From: Octopus sinensis | Lineage: Eukaryota | Reading direction: 5' to 3' | DNA: 64,000 nucleotides | NCBI RefSeq assembly: GCF_006345805.1 | Contig: NC_043010.1 | Span: 64,914,001-64,978,000 of the forward strand | In this document: positions 55,435 to 64,000 of the stretch, one piece after another | How the letters are laid out: each line of letters begins with the position of its first letter | Position numbering within the stretch: the stretch's first letter is position 1 | The notes under the pieces: model-generated | The model's input: the letters and a program-made list of their open reading frames with translations, nothing else | Databases searched by the model: none | What the model was told of the DNA's origin: nothing | Position numbers and translations under genes: made by a program

Positions 55435-55680
55435 TTGGGTTGGTGCACAATTATTGCGGCTTATTTTCAACAAATTTTATTCAAGAAAAGCAATAACAGT
55501 ATTTAACAAAAACATTTTTAAATGACGGTGTGACCGTCTGCCAAGCAAATAAGAAGGAGCAATTGAAGTTGATGATGAATATGTTCCAGAATAATCATTT
55601 AAAGATGTTTTGTTACATGTACTTGGTTTTGCTGAATAAAATTTGTTGAAAAAAAGCGCAATAATTATGCACCAACCCAA
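55435..55680. mobile_element. mariner-derived MITE (246 bp, TIRs of about 48 bp, TA TSD)
   Basis: TA|ttgggttggtgcacaattattgcg ... cgcaataattatgcaccaacccaa|TA; TIR resembles Hsmar1-type ends. Confidence 0.85.
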
Positions 55681-55849
55681 TAGTATCTTAATTTAATCCT
55701 ATATAAATTCCATACAAATTAGACGTATGAGAACAACATTAACATGACTATACAACAATATATTGTCCATCCCATAAATAATGCAGTTTTTTCAATTGCA
55801 TAACTTAAAAGTCGGAGGGGGATGAGATAAACTGATTGTATCAACTTGA

Positions 55850-57800
55850 TATAAAAGCAGGTAGTACTTTTTCGTTGTCTTTATTCTCGGCGCAAGTTTT
55901 GAGGAATTTGGTTTGCATTGCAGTTGTATTGTGCTTTAAATATTGTTGTACTGTTCGCTGAACACTTTGGTTTTTGCTGCTTTGTGGCGGTCTCGTTGTG
56001 CTTTCCCTTCTCACGGAGGAGGGTGGGCCGGGTAGAGGGGTGGAAGACATCAGATTTTCGGATGGCAGCTGCACTGAGGGGTCCGATCTGGGCGGTCGGG
56101 CATTCCATGAAGCACTGGGAGGGAGAGAGGAGCAGGGCTGGATAGAAGATTCGCGGAGGTGGCAAGGGTAACGGGGTGCAATGTGGATGGGAACGAGTGG
56201 AGGGACTGTTCAAGGGTGATAAGGGGGAGGGTTCTAATGTGGGGGCGACGACCCCAATGGGTATTATCGTTGATGGGACGGTGGTGTACGAAGCGGACTT
56301 GGTGGAAGCAGGAGGGATCAAAGAGGTAACGAAGAATCAGGTAGATAAGGCGCTGGGGGCGGTCTTGTAGGAAGTCAAATGTCTAACCGGAGGGAGTGGG
56401 TTTGGAATGGTTGAGGGTCAATATGGGAATGCAACCGTGGTAGGTTTGAGTGCGGCAACAGTCTTAAGGGCTAATGAAGAGGTGATGTTGCCGATGTGTT
56501 GTGGAAGGCGTGCCGTGGGGGTCATTATGGAGTGAGTCCCCCAGACGTCGACGTGGCCTGGATGGCGACCGCTGGCTTGTTCGGCAGCGACGAGGAGATG
56601 GCGGTTCCCCGAGCCACTGGGACGGAAGCAGGAGGCTGGAGGGGGCAGTCCCTAAACAGGGTGATGCTGGTATCGCGGGAAGTAGTGGAAGAGTTGCCGG
56701 AAGCAGTAGCATTAGACGGTATGGTAATGGTGGTTAGAGTGGAGGGCAGGATTCCCACATGCTGCAAATGTGGCCAGAAAGGTCACATTAGAGCAAACTG
56801 CCCTCTACAGGACAGCGGGAGAGGGGAGGAACCAGCAGGAGAAGGAGGACGAGTGGGTAACACCAGGCAGGAAAATGAAAAGGAAAAGGAGGAAACCAGG
56901 TAAAATAAATACAAAACCATATCAGGGTGAATCTTTCAGAGGGATATGATAAGGATATAAGTTGTATTCTGATGGAAGAAGGTAAATATAGAACTCTGAA
57001 AGAAGCTTTTCCTTCAGATGTAAATCCACTGGGGCCCGAAGTGAGTATTGAACTCAGCGCCCCAGTGGTGAAATATGAGGACATTAAAAAATGATTTAAA
57101 ATGGTATTTTGAGATTATCTTAAAGACCTGTTAAAAACGCTTTGTTTGAAATAATTGAAATCACGTAATCATCCCGGAGCGGGGCCGGGGTGACCGTTTC
57201 ACCTTCATTATAAAATTTCCTTTTATTCATTTTTCATGTGTTAATTGCCCCCGCATGTATGTTTGTCCTCTGTATGTTGGTACCTTTTGGACAATAAAAA
57301 ATCACTTTATTCTATGCACAAGTCTCTTGTTTGAAATTTTGCCAGTGTTTCTTGTGTTAAATTTTGAAATGTTGCGGTGAGTTGCGGTTGTTTTTGCGGT
57401 TGTTTTTTTGAAAAACTGTTTATTGCTTCGTTCAAGCAGCTTGTTATCAATCGCCCCACTGCGAGGGAATTAATGTCATTGTTGAACAGTGAGGCTTTGA
57501 GTCAATTCTGTGGGGCGTAAGCCTTTTGTTGGATACACTCAATGTAAGAAGCTTAAGTGTACGTGGCTTGGGGTCAGACTGGAAGCAAGGTCGCTTCCTT
57601 AATGACCTCACGTCACAGTTTGGATGTGATAGTGGCCACGGAAACCAGACTGTGTGGGATGCGGGCCGTTTCTTCCCTCCAGAACGGCTACAAGCAATTT
57701 ATTTTCACATGCCAACCAGGGTGGGGGAGGGACACTCTGCTCTTACGTAAATTGGAGCGAGGTCACGAGCAGTGTCGCCAATCTGACCTCAAGTAAGTCA
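55850..57800 (+). mobile_element. Decayed L1/Tx1-like LINE: ORF1 with CCHC knuckle plus start of APE
   Basis: TCCKCGQKGHIRANCP (CX2CX4HX4C); downstream TLNVRSL and LDVIVATETRL. Confidence 0.7.
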
Positions 57801-58559
57801 AACCTTTACGAAGCCCAATTTTATTTAGTCCACTGCCTCCCTTTCCACATATTTTAGTCGAAATCCAAAAATATGACGCTATTCTTTACGAGCGAGAATG
57901 CCCGTATGGTGACCGCTATTTCAACCACCAGCCTGGAACAAAGTGTTTAATTCAGAGAACTCCAAACATAGTACTCTTGCTACAACAGAAGCACAACCAG
58001 AACCCAAATGAAATCGTACCCCTAGTATCTACTGCTGTCCCCAACACGAGATATTATTTCTACAGCAATATTGTACGCTAATACATCTTCCCGGGATCCG
58101 ACGTACAATCAAAACAACACTCCTAGCCAACATCACAAGCTTCATAAAGCCATATTCAGGTGCAGTACTACCAACACGAGGTTTTCCCACGAGTAAAGAA
58201 ATAAGAAACCATCCATCAGAAACAAGAATAAAATCAACAGACCCAGCACAAACCTTTTCAACAACCCAGAAAACATCCTGTAGCAACAAAAACAAAACAA
58301 ACAAACGACAAAACCGTCAATGTAACCACAGCTTTATCCACCAAATATTCCTTAACCAGACAAATTATTCTTTCTTATCCATCCGAAACCTGGCAAAAGA
58401 GATTCAGATAAATGTCTTGACTGTCATACTGTCCCTTTGTCGTTACTCCCAGTCCATAAACTGGTCCCTCGCTGACATTAAAACATAAGTCTCTTTCGGG
58501 ACCGTTGAAAAAATGTAATCAAGCCACTACTCTAATCTTACCATTTTTGCCGAATGCAC

Positions 58560-60480
58560 AAATCATCAGGTCATCCTTTAATGCGAAGAGATAAAAGATT
58601 TAACACTGGGCTACCGACCAATGAGGAATATCTCAGTGACCCGTGCAGATCGCAACGGCAAAAGAAAGAGAGGATTTACCGTTTTGCTACGTGACGCATT
58701 CACTGCAGATACGGATGTTTCATGCACCATACGTATAACAAATCCCAATGATTTTGTTATAATTAGGGTCTACAGGCCATTCCAAGAGCCTTTACTGTTC
58801 TTCAAAGAATGACTTAGCAATATTAAATCTTTTATTCAACAGTGTCAATCTGGTAGCATTTTAATGGTAGATGACTTCAATTTCCCCTGCGTTGACTAGT
58901 TTATTAATAACTTGAAAGCAATTCAGTCCAAGACAACTCAACAGTGGAGTCACTTTATTGACTAATTTTTCCTTTTCCAACTCATGCGAGAGCCAACAAG
59001 CTTCAGCAAAAACCTATTGGACTTAAAGTTTAGTCACCACACTGACACTGTCTGTAATATTGCAGAGGAAAAAGACTCTTCTTTCTGACCATAACAAGTC
59101 TGATTTCTCACCAGAACACTCTTTGACTGCATGGATCTTCACAATGGAATGCAATCACTCAGGATCGTTCACTCATTGACTCGCCTTTCGCTTATTCACT
59201 CGTTTCAAACAGCATCAATGTATCCTGGAAGCTCTTTGAGGACACTGTCACAAATATATATTTATGATATTCTCCATTACAGCCCATGAGCCAAACTAAA
59301 TATAAACAAGCAAAAAATATATAAAAACCCTAATAAAAAAACTAAAAAGGATGAGTCAAAAATCGAGCGACTAAAGTATTGGCATCAGCGACAGGCGTAC
59401 TTGACTGATAGAGTTTTTCTCGAATCAAGTAATGCAATCTTATATAAATCGATTCAATCCCAAAGTGTTCTACTCCTTTGCCAAAAAGCAAATGGTCGCT
59501 GTAACATTCGCTGAACCTTTGACTGATGAGGACAACATTCTCTTTAGTGAGCGAAAATCCATGGGTGAGATTCTGCAGAAGCAATACTGTTCTGCTTTCA
59601 GCAATGCAAGTATGGTTAATCTAGACAGCATCTGTGACGCAAACCTCTTGCACACCCTATTCAATATATCTCTTGACGTCCTGGATATCAGAGCACTTAG
59701 AAGTAAACTTAAAAGCAACTGAGGTGTGAGTCCCGATATCTTTCCCACTAGAGTTCGGAGGGGGGGGATGATGACATGAATTTGTATTGTCTCTAGCTAT
59801 TCTCTGAATAAAATCACTAGACGTTGGTTATTTTGCTGAAAATCGATTGTCCCAGTTTTCAAAAAGGTAAATTACCTTCCAAAAGGCGAATTACCAGTCT
59901 TACTTCATTATCAAATTATTTGAGAGAGGGGTGAGGTCTCGAGTAAGTCACTTCCCTTAAGTTTGTCGACTTATTTCCATACAATATGTTTTTAGCACCA
60001 GCAGCGGCTTCCTAAGACAGCGCTTGCATTATTTTGACCACACCCTAAAGGTCCTGAGGGTTCCATTGCCGATGCCATTTATCCTTGTCTTCAGCGAGGC
60101 TTTCGATAAAGTTGATCGCATTATACTGTCAAAGTAACTATCCAACACAGAAATCAGAGGGAAATATTAGAAGTGTTTCCTGATGAACGGACCCAGCATG
60201 TGGTGTTCGATGGTGTTCGATGAAGCTCAGCACTTGTCATTATTGGAATCCCTCAAGGTCCTGTTTTGGATCCATTTCTCTTTGTTATTTACTTTTGTGG
60301 CACCACTGACGTTATCAAACTCAGCAGTATAAAAACTTTCGCGTATGACTCAAAGATTTTGAAGGTCATCGACAATGTAGGAGACCAAACAAACCTCCAG
60401 TTGGATGTGCTCGCTGTTATCCAATGGGTGAAAAAAACACAATATGCAACTAAGTGATGATAAATCTTATAATAATTCTG
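58560..60480 (+). mobile_element. Decayed CR1/Jockey-like LINE ORF2 fragments
   Basis: ILMVDDFNFPCVD, NPKVFYSFAKK, PQGPVLDPFLFVIY, FAYDSK. Confidence 0.7.
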
Positions 60481-60903
60481 CTTGTCGTTAGGGTACTTAG
60501 CCCATCATTAATGCTTTCACGTGATTAGAGAAAAGGAGGACGAAAAGGGGAGAGAGAGAAAAGGAAGGCGAGAGAAACCTCCATGATATGAGATTGGGGG
60601 AACATAATTGTAAAGCTTTCACGTGATTAGTTGAAGGGAATTAGAGAACAAGAGGAAGAAATCGGAGAGAGAAAAGGAGGATAAGGTGAGGAGTGAGGCA
60701 TGAAGAGGGAGAAAGAAAGAGAGGGAGAAAGAAAAAGAGGGAGAGAGAAAAGACAGAGGGAGAAGCGTCCATGACATGTGGTGAGGGGAACGTAATATTT
60801 ATTACGTGGTTAAAAAAGAAAGTTGAAGGTAGTGATATAGAGGAGAGTTAGGAATAAAGTTTTAGCGGAGTGATGTTCTGGTAGTGAGATTAAGGAAAGG
60901 CAG

Positions 60904-60947
<44 letters not shown>

Positions 60948-60984
60948 GTGAGTGAGTGAGAAAGAGACAGACAGAGAGGGATGA

Positions 60985-61330
60985 TGGTGGTGGTGGTGGT
61001 GATGTTGGGTGCATAGTGAAAAGTACTTTTTTTTATAATTGAACTAAGTTTTTTTATATCAACTATAACTTGACGCATGCGCATCCTAATCTTGCCATTC
61101 ACCTTAGAAAGAAACCAGTTTCTGTTCGCCTGTCATATGCAATGGTTATCAATAAATCACAAGGGCAGACACTTTTGATAAAGTGGGGTTGTTCTTGCCT
61201 AAACTTGCATTCGGCCACGGTCAGGTATATGTTGCATTCGGAATGGCTCTCAGATTATCTGATGTTAAAGTTATCAACACTGACAAAGGAAAAGAAACGG
61301 GAAAACTTACACGAAGGACATATTCTGCAA
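60985..61330 (+). mobile_element. Helitron helicase C-terminal fragment
   Basis: PVSVRLSYAMVINKSQGQTL; GLFLPKLAFGHGQVYVAF. Confidence 0.8.
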
Positions 61331-61689
61331 AGAAATATTGGATTGAAAAGTGTGCGCAAATTGAAATGTGTATTGGCTCCGACCCATCGACCTGCCGTAT
61401 AATTTACCAACGATATGGTTTTCAGAGTGTGCCATACTGCATTAAATGTTTACCACTGTGAAAATGTGGGCCCAATATTTTATATATAAAATAATTTTTT
61501 TTAATATAAAATGTTTGCTTTCTAGATATGAAATTGTGACCATGTAAAATTTAAAATGTAAAACTTTCCCCGTTTTGGAGATAAATGCAAAAATAAGAGT
61601 AAATATTTATTTTATGGGTGCTGTGTATTAAATCTATAGAATTGTGCATAAAGTATATAAATGATATATATTTCTTTACTGTCCACAAG

Positions 61690-61900
61690 CAGCTAAACAT
61701 AGAGGGGAGAAACAAGGACAGACAAAGGGATTAAATCGATTACATCGACCCCAGTGCGAAACTGGTACTGTATTTATCGACCCTGAAAGGATGAAAGGCA
61801 AAGTCGACCTCGGCGAATTTTGAACTCAGAACGTAACGGCAGACGAAATACGGCTACGCATTTCGCCCGGCGTGCTAACGTTTCTGCCAGCTCGCCGCCT
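61690..61900 (-). mobile_element. tRNA-derived SINE (same family as 50880-51100)
   Basis: Near-identical to 50880-51100. Confidence 0.8.
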
Positions 61901-62129
61901 TCAAGTATATAAATGATATATATAAAGTGCATTAAGTAATCATCGTAGTCTAATTTCCTTCACTTTTCAATGAAGAGCAGATGAGCAACTATCATTTGAC
62001 ACAGACAAAACACAGTCTACGCTTTCAGGCTTTTGTATAAAGTTTTCGGGAATAACCCAATAAGTTTACTATTAATTCCATGAAATATTCACGGACCCCA
62101 ACAATTTGAATTAGTTCACTTCGGAAAAG

Positions 62130-62850
62130 AAGCTGCTATATACTGTTCTCTTACATGAAACCTTTAGTGGTATCAATCACTGTAAGGGCCTCGGAATAAC
62201 AGTCGATAATAACTTAGAATAGAGTGACCACATAAACAACAAAACTGACATGATCCGTATGTTGTGCTCCTGGATCCTAAGAATTTTCAGGTTCAGAGAT
62301 GCTCCTACCATTATCATTCTCTTCCCTACCAAAGCCCGTCCTCATCTAGAATACCGTTGTGCGCTTTGGTCTCTCGACATGAAAGTAAAGATCATAAAAA
62401 TTGAAGCATCCCAGAGATCAATCAAAGAAAAAGCAAGACATGTCAGGGCTTGAATACTGGGATCGGCTCCAGAAACACAAACTTTACTCCCTCCAACTTC
62501 ACCATGAGCGCTATATCATTCGTATAATGTGGAAAATATTCCAATATTGTTCAAACAGTGTTGTGATCAACTGTAAAGTTCACCCTAGACTTGGACCCAA
62601 TGTCATTCGCCCTCTACAAAAATCGTCCTCGCGTCCAATTACAACACTAAGCAGAAGCATTTCACCTCAACTGGCCCTGCTTTCTTTAACATCATGCCAA
62701 GACACATAAAAGAAGAAAAGGATCTCATGGTATTCGGACATTCCCCGGATGAATATCCCGAACAAATTCCAGATAAATCAAGTACACCCGGATAAATCTC
62801 TGCAAACAATAACTCTTTACTCGCATGGGCTATGGTACCCAAAACATGAT
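62130..62850 (+). mobile_element. CR1-like LINE RT 3' fragment
   Basis: WILRIFRFRD, RPHLEYRCALWS, GLEYWDRLQKHKLYSLQ...ERYII. Confidence 0.75.
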
Positions 62851-62978
62851 TGTAACATGAAGCATGATTAAATGTTTTATTAGTGCTGCTACTAAGTTAG
62901 TCATGGCCAGGGTTTATTCTGACCGAAAGTCATTTAAGTATCTAAGTACCCGCATACCCTGAACAAATATGTACTTAC

Positions 62979-63122
62979 CATATGTTTGCTTGTCACACTT
63001 CTTTCCATGCCATCCATCTTCGCAGCCATATTTACAGATTCCAGTAATTTGGTGACAATATTCCGCTCCAGAACAATGACATTCATTGATACAGTCTTTA
63101 CCATACAATTGTGGTGGACATC
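62979..63122 (-). CDS. Exon: 8-Cys EGF-like repeat (CPPQLYGKDCINECHCSGAEYCHQITGICKYGCEDGWHGKKCDKQTY)
   Basis: Acceptor caatttag|GA, donor TATG|gtaagt, 144 nt. Confidence 0.9.
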
Positions 63123-63398
63123 CTAAATTGATAACATCGAAACAGTTTCTTTGTAAATGAGCATTAAAATAAAACAGTTATTGAATATAACATTCAATCT
63201 TACAAGATCTCACATATAATCAACAAGAGATTCTATGTTTCAAGAGTATCTCTTGATATAGAATCTCTTGATGTAGCTAACAAGAGATACTATATATCAT
63301 ATTTACAATCTTAAAATTGCAGAAATTCGCGCACATATAAGAAATCAAAAATTATGCGATTCCTGTACATGTAGAAGCTACATAAGCTACAGTTGAGA

Positions 63399-63565
63399 CA
63401 CTAGCGTATCCAGAGTGTGTGCCTCCCAGGGCGGCCCTTCCGTTTGCCACCCCGTACCTCTCAAAAGCACATATTGCCTATAGTAGACTCAAAAGTGATG
63501 CCACTTTAAAAGTACCGCTATTGGTGGACCACCCCTACCGCCCCCCAAACGTAGCTACGCTAATG
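63399..63565. mobile_element. Short hAT-like MITE
   Basis: TIRs cactagcgtatc / gctacgctaatg; flanks agttgaga and aattaaga match 6/8, consistent with a decayed 8-bp TSD. Confidence 0.45.
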
Positions 63566-63599
63566 AATTAAGAGCACTTTAAAGCATTATAGCCGAGAA

Positions 63600-63795
63600 G
63601 AGAGACTTGGCTGGCTGGGCTGGCATCCCAACATCCCCCTGAACAGAACACCAGTTTGCCGAAGGTTTATCCATTTACAGCTGAGTGAACTGGGATAACG
63701 TCAAAGAAGAATTTTACTCTAGAACTCAACGCATCACTGGTCCGAGAATTGAAACACCGATTTTACAATCATGGATGCAACACCCTAACCACCAG
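63600..63795 (-). mobile_element. tRNA-derived SINE with CORE-like block
   Basis: Reverse-complement head ggtggttagggtgttgc...ttcaattctcgg and ccagttcactcagctgtaaatgg. Confidence 0.55.
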
Positions 63796-63815
63796 AACTT
63801 TCATCTCTCTCTCTA

Positions 63816-63869
<54 letters not shown>

Positions 63870-64000
63870 CATTTTCAAATGCAAATTATGTATTTAGTTG
63901 AAATTTATATTTTTATAGGGAAACTTGTTGCAACCTGTAACACAATTTCTACTGAAAGTTATTATCGGGGTAAAAAGTTTGCTCCACAATCAGATTTTTC

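Overview
AT-rich, microsatellite-dense animal genomic DNA. The SINE and repeat repertoire points to an octopod cephalopod (inferred from recall, not searched). The whole window appears to lie inside one minus-strand gene that starts and ends outside it. I can splice 15 intact phase-1/phase-1 exons (2175 nt, about 725 codons) encoding an 8-Cys EGF-like repeat, an F-type (fucolectin-like) lectin domain split over two exons, and then a long run of MEGF10/SCARF-type 8-Cys EGF-like repeats. The EGF run is built from a tandemly amplified two-exon cassette (A, 129 nt; intron of about 230-260 nt; B, 135 nt) present 8 times in whole or part. Copies range from intact and near-identical to frameshifted, truncated and fully decayed. 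Introns are filled with decayed Tc1/mariner, Helitron, LINE (R4-like, RTE-like, CR1-like, Tx1-like), Penelope-like (GIY-YIG) elements, tRNA-derived SINEs, MITE/foldback elements and microsatellites. The most unexpected signals are a structurally complete type I hammerhead ribozyme at 50333-50393 (+), a tRNA-headed SINE-like element with a hammerhead in its tail at 53460-53690 (-, sense to the host pre-mRNA), recurrent variant-core hammerhead-like motifs in Penelope-like tails, and several long hairpins. No intact transposase or RT ORF, tRNA/rRNA gene or CRISPR array is supported.
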